DNA of 64,000 nucleotides, from IMG/VR virus record IMGVR_UViG_3300022719_000071, positions 192,001 to 256,000 of that record, one strand, 5' to 3'. Positions 20,842 through 30,906 of the stretch are shown here, piece after piece. This stretch comes from a virus (taxonomy: Duplodnaviria > Caudoviricetes). Position 1 is the stretch's first letter; every line of letters starts with the position of its first letter. The position numbers and the translations under genes are program-made. Below the pieces are notes generated by a model that ran no database searches, was not told where the DNA came from, and saw only the letters and a list, made by a program, of their open reading frames with translations.

Positions 20842-21367
20842 GTCACGAGTATTCTTCGAGCAGATCAGGGACAGTCTCAATGACATTTCTGATGATGAGA
20901 ACATGAAGGAGTTCTCTGAAGTTATTCTGGCAGCAGCCGAGTATTGGGGTGACGCCGTAGAAGATGCTGAGCAGCATTGTATTCTAGAGGACAAGGAACT
21001 AAACACTCTGATCATGGAGACCCCAGGTTTGGCGTTTTTCTACCGCACCTTATACACGGATGCTCAACAAGTTCGTATCTGGTTAGACACCGTGTACGAA
21101 GGTCACACCGCTGATCGATACAAATGGTATATCACCGATCCTGATGCCAAGGCAGAGTATGGAAAGGTGAGCACCACGGATGCCAAGCAGTTCACCACAG
21201 CAGAAGAGAATTCCAGGCTTCTAGCGGACCTCATTAGATGCGTAGCCAACAAGCAGCATCAGCTTGAGAATGTAGTTCTATCGCTGGACCAAAGAGGAAT
21301 GTCGTTGAGTCAAATCAAAGACCTTCGTGTGGCAGGCATTGAGGAAACATGGATCAAGAGAGCGTAA
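20819..21367 (+). CDS. Probable UvsY-like recombination mediator
   Basis: Helical protein directly after UvsX ending LSQIKDLRVAGIEE; assignment rests mainly on synteny. Confidence 0.5.
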   Translation: MAKKAKFKSRVFFEQIRDSLNDISDDENMKEFSEVILAAAEYWGDAVEDAEQHCILEDKELNTLIMETPGLAFFYRTLYTDAQQVRIWLDTVYEGHTADRYKWYITDPDAKAEYGKVSTTDAKQFTTAEENSRLLADLIRCVANKQHQLENVVLSLDQRGMSLSQIKDLRVAGIEETWIKRA

Positions 21368-22035
21368 CACCGGGGGATATGGTCTCTAAAGATGGAGACC
21401 AGTGGGTATACAATGGTGCATACTGGCAACCTCTCAGGGGGCGCAGTATGCACCATTCGTTGCAGACTTTTAGTGGAAGGTTTATGTGGCCTCTTCAACC
21501 ACATGAGGACGAAATCTTTGTAGAAGATATTGCTCATGGGATTGCCTGTGAGTATAGATATGGAAATCAATCCCCGTATCCATATTCAGTAGCATGGCAC
21601 AGTGTTGCATTGAGTTACGTTGTTCCAGATCATTTGAAGAAGTTTGCTCTGCTACATGATGCCCCAGAAGGTTACATTAAGGATATACCTCGAACTATTC
21701 GTAGCCAAGAACCATTCAAATCAGAATACGAAAAGATTGACCATCGGCTGCTAGAGGTCATATGTTCTAGATTTGGGATCGAAGTACAGATGCAAAAGCT
21801 AAGGGTTTACGATATTCAAATGAGTCATTCTGAGATGATAGTGTGGGCAGAAGAGAATCCTGTTTTCTTGGCGAAAATGAGAGCTTTGAATATAGATTTG
21901 ACTCCAGCGTACAACGAAGAATGGCTTGATTGGGTTCGTCGCTGTCCCAGACATGATCATTGGAAGAAGACCGAAGTGGTGTGGTTACAACGATACGAAG
22001 AACTATTTGATGCCAACAGCAAAACTAATCATTGA
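21349..22035 (+). CDS. HD-domain phosphohydrolase (YfbR/YfdR-like 5'-deoxynucleotidase family)
   Basis: EDIAHG....RY.....YSVAWHSV, ALLHDAPEGY.KDIP. Confidence 0.8.
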   Translation: MDQESVTPGDMVSKDGDQWVYNGAYWQPLRGRSMHHSLQTFSGRFMWPLQPHEDEIFVEDIAHGIACEYRYGNQSPYPYSVAWHSVALSYVVPDHLKKFALLHDAPEGYIKDIPRTIRSQEPFKSEYEKIDHRLLEVICSRFGIEVQMQKLRVYDIQMSHSEMIVWAEENPVFLAKMRALNIDLTPAYNEEWLDWVRRCPRHDHWKKTEVVWLQRYEELFDANSKTNH

Positions 22036-23458
22036 AGATGAAGTCAACGTCAGGGTAAAAGGACTTGACCCCGAGGCTATGAGTAAAGCACAGGAGGCAC
22101 TGACCTTCTGGGTTCCTGGCTACATTCACATGCCTGCTTACAAACTTGGTAGGTGGGACGGTAAGATTCGTCTGTTCAAGGCCAGTGGGGCTACCTATCT
22201 CAATTTGGTTGACCGCATCGTTGATCCTCTTAGTCAGCTTGGGTACGACATCGAGATCCAAGAGGATAAGAGGCAGACTTATGATGATCTAGTCGAGAAG
22301 ATTGAATTTATCAATGAGTTGGTTGTTTCTGAGTACGAGAAGGATGGCAAGCCTATTATCCTCTGGGAGCATCAAGTCAATGCTGTCAATAAGGGTATTG
22401 AAAATGGCGGTGGCGTCTTGGAACTAGCCACGGGTAGCGGAAAGACTATCATCTGTGGTGTGTTGTCAAAAATTTATTCCGAGGTTGGTAATGTTGTTGT
22501 CATCGTCCCAAATATTGATCTTGTTGTTCAGACCCAATACACCTTCAAGCAAATAGGTATTGATGCTGGTATGTGGTATGGTGAAATCAAGGATCGAAAG
22601 ACTGTCACCATTGCCACTTGGCAATCTCTAGATCATTTCCCGGAGTTGTTCTCCGGAGTGATGACAGTCATTGTAGACGAAGTTCACCAAGCGAAGGCAA
22701 AGGTACTGAACGAGATGTTGTCCGGTCCAGCAGCCAATGTACCGTTTAGATTTGGCTGCACTGGAACCTTACCCAAGGAAGACTTGGCACGTAGCCAAAT
22801 CTTGGCCGTCCTTGGAGAGACCATCTTCACTCTTCGCTCATGGGAATTGCAGCACAAAAACATTCTAGCTAAAGCTCAAATATATCAGATGAGATTGAAG
22901 GACTCAAAGAATAAGTCCTATTTGGTGTCATGTGATCATCACGAAACATGGTCCGATGAATTGAATTGGATATTCACCGACAAAGATCGTGTTCTTTACA
23001 TGGCCGAGACCATCCGTGAAGTAGCGAATAACATGGGTAACACGTTGGTTCTTGTTCAATACAGGAAACACGGCAAGATTCTAGCTGAGGCACTTCCGGA
23101 AGCCACATCTCTTGACGGAAGAGACAAAAATCGTACCGAGGTTTACGATAAATTTAATCAGGGCGATAACAACGTATTGATCTGCACGTTCGGTATTGCA
23201 TCTACTGGTATTGACATTCCACGTATCTTCAATCTAATTATTATAGAGCCCGGTAAGAAGTTTGAGAAGGTTATGCAAACGCTCGGTCGTGGTCTTAGAA
23301 GAACCGATGACAAAACGCATCTCACCGTGTTTGATATCTGTGGTGATTCCGGTCTCTCCAAGAAGCACGCAGCAACAAGACGTAGCTTATACAAAGAAGC
23401 GAAACAAAAATTCGAAATCATTGAAGTGGAGTACAAGAATGTTAGTTCTGACAGTTGA
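22010..23458 (+). CDS. uvsW: UvsW-like superfamily 2 DNA helicase
   Basis: LATGSGKT, VIVDEVH, FGCTGT, TGIDIPRI, QTLGRGLR; YKLGRWDGKIRLF N-terminus. Confidence 0.92.
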   Translation: MPTAKLIIEDEVNVRVKGLDPEAMSKAQEALTFWVPGYIHMPAYKLGRWDGKIRLFKASGATYLNLVDRIVDPLSQLGYDIEIQEDKRQTYDDLVEKIEFINELVVSEYEKDGKPIILWEHQVNAVNKGIENGGGVLELATGSGKTIICGVLSKIYSEVGNVVVIVPNIDLVVQTQYTFKQIGIDAGMWYGEIKDRKTVTIATWQSLDHFPELFSGVMTVIVDEVHQAKAKVLNEMLSGPAANVPFRFGCTGTLPKEDLARSQILAVLGETIFTLRSWELQHKNILAKAQIYQMRLKDSKNKSYLVSCDHHETWSDELNWIFTDKDRVLYMAETIREVANNMGNTLVLVQYRKHGKILAEALPEATSLDGRDKNRTEVYDKFNQGDNNVLICTFGIASTGIDIPRIFNLIIIEPGKKFEKVMQTLGRGLRRTDDKTHLTVFDICGDSGLSKKHAATRRSLYKEAKQKFEIIEVEYKNVSSDS

Positions 23459-23945
23459 AAACGGAATAATCAATACCGATAATATGTCGGTTGGTGATGA
23501 AGTACATCATTCGGTGCTGAGCTTCAAGAATTTGAAAGAGCCAGATTTCTTCTTTGAGATGATTCAGTTCCTCGAAGAATTTTCATCTGCTTCTGTAACA
23601 TTACGAATTGGAAACCATGAGATTGTGATGCCGTTGCATTGGTCAGTCTTGTGTACCGACATGGAATATCTGCAATCTATTCCGCTGTCGGATGTGGGGG
23701 GAAAACAGTTCCCTGTGTTCTGTCTGAACCCACTTGACGGATATGCTCCAGAATTCCTACCTTTGAGAACAGGGACCATCTTTCCTCAGTCCACTTGGAC
23801 GGCTCCACAGCTTGGCGACAAGGATTTGCTTGTGGTTCCCTTGGGGGAGGGAGATCGCCCAGGAGACAACAACAAGGGGCCTCTGTGTGCCATGTTCTCG
23901 GCTAGCAAGTTCGAAGTGTACAGGCCAATCGGTGATATCTGGTGA
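23439..23945 (+). CDS. Conserved hypothetical phage protein
   Basis: ATG at 23439 with GGAG RBS, overlapping the uvsW stop. Confidence 0.7.
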   Translation: MLVLTVENGIINTDNMSVGDEVHHSVLSFKNLKEPDFFFEMIQFLEEFSSASVTLRIGNHEIVMPLHWSVLCTDMEYLQSIPLSDVGGKQFPVFCLNPLDGYAPEFLPLRTGTIFPQSTWTAPQLGDKDLLVVPLGEGDRPGDNNKGPLCAMFSASKFEVYRPIGDIW

Positions 23946-24442
23946 GTGGGAAGTTGGATCTATTTGCGGTGTTATCCTACATGGATGACAACAACCTTGG
24001 CATCTACGAAGCTCTTCGGGAAGACCCTGATATGCTGAAGGAACTAAGAAAGAACGTAATCTGGATGCTTCCACAGTGGATGACCGGATCGGATAATCCT
24101 GCGGATCATGCTGAATTGGTCGAGAACTTTAATCAGATAGGGAACATGGGGTGGTTTGATTTGTATGACCACCCGGAGTTGCAAGTGAAGTTGCTAGCAT
24201 GTTGTGGTCTTGGTAAAAAGACTAGACATAGGTTCTTCAAACCGACAAAGGCTAGACAGGTATCCAAAATGTTGGATTTACTGAGCAATAAGTACGTGGA
24301 CATAAACGAGAGTGAAACCGTTCTGTGGTGTAAAACAAACAGTAAGGCTGCCATGGGTCGTCTAGCTGAATCTTTTGGATATCAACCAAAAGATGTCAGG
24401 GATCTAGAGAAATCCTTTGACTCACTGAGGAAACAAGCATAA
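23942..24442 (+). CDS. Possible clamp-loader small subunit (gp62-like)
   Basis: KLDLF.VL..MD...Y and W.L..HPELQ.KLL pattern; replication-operon context. Confidence 0.45.
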   Translation: MSGKLDLFAVLSYMDDNNLGIYEALREDPDMLKELRKNVIWMLPQWMTGSDNPADHAELVENFNQIGNMGWFDLYDHPELQVKLLACCGLGKKTRHRFFKPTKARQVSKMLDLLSNKYVDINESETVLWCKTNSKAAMGRLAESFGYQPKDVRDLEKSFDSLRKQA

Positions 24443-25167
24443 TGGGACTCCTAGAGCGAAAGTATCGATGCACATTCTGTAACCGTGACTTCAAGAGGAA
24501 AACATGGTTCGAGAAGCACATGTGTGATAAGAAACAGCGCTTCATCGATAGCAACAACATCACTGTAATCCGAGCCCATCGCTTATTCAACCACTGGCAG
24601 CGTAGAACTGGTCTGCTTCGCAGTGGCAAGATGAAGAACATGGAGGATTTCTGCAAGTCCCCGTTCTACAGTGCCTTCGTCAAACTTGCTGATTTTTCTT
24701 CACAGGAATATGTGGTATCCAGCTACAAATATGTGGATTGGCTGGTGGATCATAATATCCCCGAGAAGGACTGGTATCGTGAAGATCGTTTGGAACAATT
24801 CCGAGAGTACGTTCGTAAGACTGAAGATCCAGAGTCGCAAGTAGAAACTACAATCAAGAACATCGCTGTGTGGTGTGAAGATCACAGAATAGAACAGGTT
24901 GAGTTTTTCTCCAGCATTACTCCTGGACAGGCTTTGAACATGGTTCGTGAAAATCGGTTGTCTCCATGGGTTCTTCTAGGCTATGAACGATGCTTGGATG
25001 AGTTGGTTGCTCGATTCAGTGGCGAGCTTGAGTTTGCTCTGGACGATCACATCAACCTGTCATATTGGATTGACAAGGTTCGTGACGAGAAGGAAACTAG
25101 TAACCTAGTACAGAAGATATGTCAGGAGTACTTCAACGGTGATACCGACAGCGACCGAACTGCCTGA
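24442..25167 (+). CDS. C2H2 zinc-finger-containing hypothetical protein
   Basis: CTFC...F.R..WFEKH.C at the N-terminus; helical remainder. Confidence 0.65.
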   Translation: MGLLERKYRCTFCNRDFKRKTWFEKHMCDKKQRFIDSNNITVIRAHRLFNHWQRRTGLLRSGKMKNMEDFCKSPFYSAFVKLADFSSQEYVVSSYKYVDWLVDHNIPEKDWYREDRLEQFREYVRKTEDPESQVETTIKNIAVWCEDHRIEQVEFFSSITPGQALNMVRENRLSPWVLLGYERCLDELVARFSGELEFALDDHINLSYWIDKVRDEKETSNLVQKICQEYFNGDTDSDRTA

Positions 25168-25768
25168 CGTAGACCTGGATGTCAGTGATCGGAATAAAGC
25201 TATCTCGATCCTGTCAAACTTTGTCCAGGCATCTCAGGAAAACAATGGAAGGTTGCTGCCACACAACACTGGCATCTACTTCCAGCAGCTTCCTATTGAC
25301 CCAATAACGGGTCTATCGGCGTTTGAATACAAGATCGCAGAAGAGCTTGGCTACTTCAAGGTAGACCTGATCCCAAATCACGTGTACGATCTGGTCGAGT
25401 CCAACGAAGAAATTGACGAGCTTCTTGATAAGCCTGTGAATTGGTCTTGGTTTACTGACGAACGCTTTTTCTACAATGAAGACAATCGGTATCAGCTAAC
25501 TCATCTTGCCAAACACCTTGGCATCTGCCAACAGTACCCTCCGCAGTCTGTGGAAGACGTTGCAATACTTCTTGCTGTAATCAGACCACGAAAGCGATAC
25601 CTTATTGGTAAACCAAGAGAGGAAATCAGGAAAATAATTTGGACGAAAATAGACGAGGAAAATCCAGACAATGATCCAAAGCGTTACTTTTTCAAGAAGT
25701 CTCATGCAATGGCATTCGCTCTTCTAGTTATTCTGCACGCACAGTTGATTGCACGAAACTTGGATTAA
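25139..25768 (+). CDS. Minimal DnaE-like (Pol III alpha catalytic core) protein, 209 aa
   Basis: PDVDLDV (DnaE PDIDxD), H.TG.Y, GYFKVDL (third Asp), FKKSHAMAFA (FNKSHAxAYA); GTG start with AGGAG RBS. Confidence 0.75.
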   Translation: MIPTATELPDVDLDVSDRNKAISILSNFVQASQENNGRLLPHNTGIYFQQLPIDPITGLSAFEYKIAEELGYFKVDLIPNHVYDLVESNEEIDELLDKPVNWSWFTDERFFYNEDNRYQLTHLAKHLGICQQYPPQSVEDVAILLAVIRPRKRYLIGKPREEIRKIIWTKIDEENPDNDPKRYFFKKSHAMAFALLVILHAQLIARNLD

Positions 25769-27711
25769 GCGTCGTTGCCCTGGTCACGAGTATAGAAGAT
25801 TTTGACACCAATCAGTCGTGCATCAGCAGCTAGGTTCGTTCCAGTTGCAGTGTTACGAGTGATCTTAAAGTACACAAGCTCATTATTGGTTGGTGTTCCA
25901 GCAACCGGAGTTGCGTCTGAAATAGCTGATACATACAGGTCATTAGCAGTTCCTTGTGCTGCATCAATGACCTCAGCAAATGAACCATACGCTACAGCGA
26001 TTGGATCTCCATCCGCTACTGCTACTGCCTGAAGTCTCCACGCCACGTTATCAGTAGTTGCAGATACCGAAGTCCAGTATGCTTGCCAAAAGATGCTTCC
26101 TTTGTCCCATCCGTTTGGAATAGCAATGCTAAACTGAGCACTTTCATCAGATGACTGATCAAAGTCGAGGACTTCAAGTTCTGGTTGTCCAGCTATCAAC
26201 TCAACTTGAGTTAGAGTAGCGCATCCTGCGGTTGTAGTTGGAGTCATATCCTTGGCCGGAACCCAGATGTTTATGAGTCCCGTGTGAGCACGATTATCCA
26301 CATACAGCTTGTTTGGAATGTCATTGTTAGCAAGAACCAAGGATTCGTATCCAAGTGTGTTAACCGACAACGTACCATCGGACTCAATACTGACCTTCTG
26401 AGTGCCGCCGGTAGAGATAACTACCCCACCTAATGACAAGAACAATCCAGTGTCGGTTGCTGAAGAGAATGACATTGCTGGACTTACAGCGGACCCATCA
26501 CCACCACGCCAGAACACGGTTCCATCGATAGCAATGTTATCAATGGCGAACGACGAGAACGAGTTGGATGAAAAACCGATTGTTCCTGAAGACAACAGAA
26601 AGAAGCCAGTATCCGGATCGGAGTTGAATGATAGCGCTGGTAAGCCTGATGTACCATCACCACCACGCCAGAACACGGTTCCATCGATTGCAGTTCCATC
26701 CAAAGCGAAGGAGCTTGATCCGTTGGACGAATACTCGACCACTCCGGAAGAGGACCAGAAGAATCCAGTATCCGGATCGGAGTTGAATGATATTGCTGGA
26801 GTCGCTACTACACCATCGCCTCCTCTCCACAGAAGAGTTCCTGATGCAGTGGTTGCATCCAATAGAAGGGTTTGTGAACCACCGGATGAAAAACCAATTT
26901 GTCCAGCGATACCGGTTCCAAATACACCTGTTGTGAGATCACCAGTAAAGCTGTAATCAGGAACAGCAGCGGTTCCGTTTGGTCCGACAACCTGATTGCC
27001 AATTCCGAGTTCTAGACCGCTTGGAGAAAACGTGGCTACAGTTGTTCCATTAGAAGAGATGGCAATCTCACCAGTAGCAGCAGGGTAAAACAGACCAGTA
27101 TTCAAGTCACTGGTGAAGGTGATAGATGGGTTTGCTGCGGTACCATTAGAGAGAAGAGCTTGTGCTGATGATGCGAACGTCAAGTCGCCAGTCATCGTAT
27201 CTCCAGCTATGGCAAGGAAGTTGTCAACAACAAACTTCCGATTCGGAATGTCATTGTCGGACAGCACCAGAGTCTCGTATGATACAGTCGTTGCGGAAAG
27301 AGTACCATCAGCTTCTACTGCAAATCTTTGAGTTCCGGCTGTGGAAATACCAATCTCGTCAACAGCGCTTCGATAGAATCCTGTGTTGGGATCACCATTA
27401 AAAGTAAATGAAGGGTCGGTAGCGGTAGCTGTGGAGTCACCAAAAATATGTGTTCCTGGGTTCATGGTGATGTCGCCTACAAACGATCCACCACCAACAC
27501 CAACTTGCACCCATGTGCCGCTCTGTAAGAGCCAGATGGCTTCAGCGCCAGACAAGGTGCAGATGTATAGATCACCATCACGAAAACCATCAGTTACAGG
27601 CGTGGGTGGGGTAACTGTTGGGTTAGGGGTTCCAGTGTAGATTGTTGGTCCTACTAGACCGATACGAAATCTATTTTGGTTAGTGCCTAGCAGTGTTTGA
27701 AAAACTGACAT
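25765..27711 (-). CDS. Fibre/collar-like virion protein with internal G.A..P..SF.SD.DTG repeats
   Basis: Gly/Thr/Ser-rich; FWRGGDG..P..SF.SD.DTG.F repeated; TAAATA on the minus strand at 27745. Confidence 0.65.
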   Translation of the reverse strand: MSVFQTLLGTNQNRFRIGLVGPTIYTGTPNPTVTPPTPVTDGFRDGDLYICTLSGAEAIWLLQSGTWVQVGVGGGSFVGDITMNPGTHIFGDSTATATDPSFTFNGDPNTGFYRSAVDEIGISTAGTQRFAVEADGTLSATTVSYETLVLSDNDIPNRKFVVDNFLAIAGDTMTGDLTFASSAQALLSNGTAANPSITFTSDLNTGLFYPAATGEIAISSNGTTVATFSPSGLELGIGNQVVGPNGTAAVPDYSFTGDLTTGVFGTGIAGQIGFSSGGSQTLLLDATTASGTLLWRGGDGVVATPAISFNSDPDTGFFWSSSGVVEYSSNGSSSFALDGTAIDGTVFWRGGDGTSGLPALSFNSDPDTGFFLLSSGTIGFSSNSFSSFAIDNIAIDGTVFWRGGDGSAVSPAMSFSSATDTGLFLSLGGVVISTGGTQKVSIESDGTLSVNTLGYESLVLANNDIPNKLYVDNRAHTGLINIWVPAKDMTPTTTAGCATLTQVELIAGQPELEVLDFDQSSDESAQFSIAIPNGWDKGSIFWQAYWTSVSATTDNVAWRLQAVAVADGDPIAVAYGSFAEVIDAAQGTANDLYVSAISDATPVAGTPTNNELVYFKITRNTATGTNLAADARLIGVKIFYTRDQGNDA

Positions 27712-27747
27712 CCGACTGTCTCATAATGGGTTTAGATACCCAAGTAT

Positions 27748-28152
27748 TTAGGCTGTGGAGGCAACAGGACGATTGATGATTTCGATTTTCTTTTTCTTGA
27801 TGCGCTTGAGATATTGTTCTTGTATGGAGAAAGAGGGGCCAATGACTTGGCAGATGGATTTTTTGGGATAGCCTGTCAAGGCGGGATGATAGCAATCAAA
27901 ATCATCCCCGATAAACGAATCCACTGGCACGGACTGATTACTACCCCACCACCACTCATCGCCATATTCGAGGAATTGCTTGCGTTTTATTTTACCCCGA
28001 ATCTTTTCAAAGTCATATAACATGACCATCTTCATGTTTTCGTTCTGGATGATGCCTACCTTGACTTCACCGCTTTCCATAATTAGGAAAGTAAGAAACT
28101 CATGTTTCGCACGAGTTTCTTCAATATTCATTCGGGTTTCTTCATCAATCAT
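27748..28152 (-). CDS. Conserved hypothetical protein
   Basis: 134-aa ORF in the minus-strand operon, coupled to the upstream gene. Confidence 0.65.
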   Translation of the reverse strand: MIDEETRMNIEETRAKHEFLTFLIMESGEVKVGIIQNENMKMVMLYDFEKIRGKIKRKQFLEYGDEWWWGSNQSVPVDSFIGDDFDCYHPALTGYPKKSICQVIGPSFSIQEQYLKRIKKKKIEIINRPVASTA

Positions 28153-30506
28153 TGCAATTCGATTCCTAGTACGATTACCTCTACTACCAGTGACGAGAAT
28201 GAACCGCCACCCGCTGTATCTACCTGAAGTTTGACTTCGGAGCCAGCGTTTGGTGTTTCAGCACCGTTCTTAGGTGCCACATGTACCGCTTGGTCTCCAG
28301 CACCAGCGGTTCCACCCCAATCCAATACTGTGTTATCGACCACGATGTTGTTGTAGTTTGGACCGCTTGTTCCAACAGAGATTTCTGGATTGGTTGGAGT
28401 AGGACCAGGAACATAGGAAGTTGTACGAAAGATGATTTGAGTAATGATATTCATGGTCGCTACTGGAACAGTGAATAATGAGGTCGTTCCTGTCACCATA
28501 AGGTCAACACCGGGCACACGAGCCAGAACCTTAACGAATGCTGCGTTATCCAAGAAATTCTTGGTAACAAGATCGCTTGGATCAGTAGGATCGTCAGCAC
28601 CGGTTACTTTTCTACCATGAACATCAATCTCGTTAGCACCGGACGATGGAGCAATAGTCAATGCTGGGGAAGAAGCAAGCGACAACTGAATATTGATGCC
28701 ATCCCATAGCATACCAGTCGAAGGACTAGAGTCAAAAGCATATCCTGGAGCAGCAGAATTACCATCATCAGCAAGAACCTGAGTGTTGCTATCCATGGTG
28801 ATGTCACCAACCATGGTTCCACCAGCAAGCTGTAGGAACGGACCAGATCCGCCAAGGTTCAAAGATGTGATCTCGGTGTCAACGTAATTCTTGGTTGCTG
28901 CATCCTGAGCAACAGAAGGGTTTCCAAGGTTGATGATACGATTGGTTGCTAGGTTCAAGTTACCGGTAGCAGCCGTGGTGCCGTCAGCACGCAGGTAGTT
29001 TGAGTCTGCGTGAGCCAGTGTAACTGCATCTTGATTAGCAGTTGGGTTAGCAACGTTCTCCAGCTTGAATCCGCCAATGTTAGCATTAGCCAACATTGCG
29101 CTAGATCCATCCAAGCGGAAATATAGAGAATTAGCCTGACCAAGAATTACAGCCTCATCGTTTGCAGTAGCAGCGGCAAGGTTAGTGATTAGATTTCCAC
29201 CTACATCAATGTCACCAGTCATTGCGCTGGAGCCATCTAGATTCAAGAAGTTACTATCAACGTAGTCCTTGGTAGCAGCATCTTGCGGATTCGTTGGGTT
29301 TGCAAGGTTGACGATCTTGAACCCACCGGCATCAAGGTCACCACCAAGAGGACCAGCCGGTCCCGTGGTGCTGATGTAGGTAGCATCCGCAAATGCTCTT
29401 GTTACAGCATCCTGTGGGTTCACAGGATCCAGAAGATTGGTAATTGCAAATCCACCCAAATCAATAGCGCCAGTCATCGTTCCGCCAGAAAGCTGTAAGA
29501 ACGGACCAGTTCCGCCCAAGTTCAATGCGACGATTTCAGTATCAACATAGTTCTTCGTGGCAGCATCTTGTGCAGCAGCAGGATCGATTACGTTGTTGAT
29601 AAGGTTCGTGCCCATGTCCAGAACACCAGTCATCGTTCCGCCAGAAAGCTGTAAGAACGGACCAGTTCCGCCCAAGTTCAATGCGACAATTTCAGTATCG
29701 ACGTAATCCTTGGTAGCTGCGTCCTGTGGGTTGGTCGGGTTGGTGACATTCTTGATTGGCTTTGGGGTGACAAGATCGAGGCATGTATTGTCAACACGTA
29801 GGTCCACAACACCACCAAGAATGACTTCTAGAACATCATCCAAAGCAGAACCAATAGTGGAGTCTCCATCGGCATCCAAAATGATTAGATTTCCTTCCAT
29901 GTCAATGGTGCCAGCCATGACACCACCGGCTAGTGGTAGGAATGGGCCACTGGTAGCAGCAGCAATGGCATCGTCCACGTACTTCTTGTTAGGAACGTCA
30001 TCATCTGCTACAACAAGAGCTTCGTAACCACCCGTCTGCACACGAAGCAAACCACTTGGTAACATATGAAGTACATCAGAACCGGCTGTTGCGAATCCGA
30101 TAGTGTTAGCGGCAGGCCACCAGATACCAGTATCCGAGTCACCGTTGAATGCTAGACCTGGAAGCAGAGTAGTACCAAAGTCAATAAGTAGTTGAGTTGC
30201 GGAATCAAAGAGCAAGTCACCGGTCAATGTCCCGCCGGTAAGCATGAGCTTGCCATCAAGCTGAGTCTGGATATTAGCAGTAACACCAGATAGAAAATTC
30301 AGTTCGGCTCCAGTTGCAGCAACGTTGAGTGCACCAATCGTACCGAGAACATCATCTAGCTTTGCATCGAGTGCTGCCTGAAGTCCAGTAATGTCACCGA
30401 TAGCAAGGGTTCCAAATCCTCCGTTGATGTTTGGAGCGACAACGCTTGTTACGATGTCTGTTGGTCCCGCATATACTGGAATACCGGATATAATGGATAC
30501 TGTCAT
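28149..30506 (-). CDS. Fibre-like virion protein with P..xQDAATKxYVD repeats
   Basis: Multiple NP.NPQDAATK.YVD.....GPFL.L.GGTM.G units, including near-exact nucleotide repeats around 29480-29700. Confidence 0.7.
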   Translation of the reverse strand: MTVSIISGIPVYAGPTDIVTSVVAPNINGGFGTLAIGDITGLQAALDAKLDDVLGTIGALNVAATGAELNFLSGVTANIQTQLDGKLMLTGGTLTGDLLFDSATQLLIDFGTTLLPGLAFNGDSDTGIWWPAANTIGFATAGSDVLHMLPSGLLRVQTGGYEALVVADDDVPNKKYVDDAIAAATSGPFLPLAGGVMAGTIDMEGNLIILDADGDSTIGSALDDVLEVILGGVVDLRVDNTCLDLVTPKPIKNVTNPTNPQDAATKDYVDTEIVALNLGGTGPFLQLSGGTMTGVLDMGTNLINNVIDPAAAQDAATKNYVDTEIVALNLGGTGPFLQLSGGTMTGAIDLGGFAITNLLDPVNPQDAVTRAFADATYISTTGPAGPLGGDLDAGGFKIVNLANPTNPQDAATKDYVDSNFLNLDGSSAMTGDIDVGGNLITNLAAATANDEAVILGQANSLYFRLDGSSAMLANANIGGFKLENVANPTANQDAVTLAHADSNYLRADGTTAATGNLNLATNRIINLGNPSVAQDAATKNYVDTEITSLNLGGSGPFLQLAGGTMVGDITMDSNTQVLADDGNSAAPGYAFDSSPSTGMLWDGINIQLSLASSPALTIAPSSGANEIDVHGRKVTGADDPTDPSDLVTKNFLDNAAFVKVLARVPGVDLMVTGTTSLFTVPVATMNIITQIIFRTTSYVPGPTPTNPEISVGTSGPNYNNIVVDNTVLDWGGTAGAGDQAVHVAPKNGAETPNAGSEVKLQVDTAGGGSFSSLVVEVIVLGIELQ

Positions 30507-30514
30507 TGTTTTTG

Positions 30515-30862
30515 TTACCTCATGCTGCGGCAGTTCTTCAGCCTACCGCCAGTATAATTTCCGGTTTTGCAAACCAACCTGATACGTGCTACCTCAATAT
30601 CTGTTTCAACAAAGAAGGTACCACCCTCGGCATCAACATCGATGGTGAGCAAATCTACCCAAATGCTTTCAGCATTTGTACTGGAAGGAAAATCGTTGGA
30701 GCCCTGCAAATTCAGGATTGCAGTCAGCGGATCAAGAGGATCGCACTCGAAGACAAACGTCTGGATGCTGTCCTTGTCCAGTCCACGTGGAGAGTAATCA
30801 GTAGCTTGATTTATTTGCTCCCCGTTAATGCCCCCCAGATCTGGATAAGCACGTGCTACCAT
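30515..30862 (-). CDS. Hypothetical structural protein
   Basis: 115-aa beta-rich ORF in the late minus-strand operon; GAGG RBS. Confidence 0.6.
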   Translation of the reverse strand: MVARAYPDLGGINGEQINQATDYSPRGLDKDSIQTFVFECDPLDPLTAILNLQGSNDFPSSTNAESIWVDLLTIDVDAEGGTFFVETDIEVARIRLVCKTGNYTGGRLKNCRSMR

Positions 30863-30906
30863 TGTTATTTTCCTCGGTCGAAGTCTCGGTTTAGTTATTT
30901 ACCAGC

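Noticed and set aside
21349-22035. HD protein as DatZ, implying a 2-aminoadenine genome
   Set aside because: No purZ is present in the window, and such HD enzymes are common in ordinary phages.
23439-23945. Possible Hint-fold/intein-like protein
   Set aside because: It has no N-terminal Cys/Ser nucleophile, no TxxH and no terminal HN; only a vague beta pattern.
26402-26956. Long antisense ORFs over fibre, sheath, SSB and helicase genes (e.g. 26402-26956, 19147-19590)
   Set aside because: They are shadows of biased codon usage in the real genes; no RBS or independent motifs.
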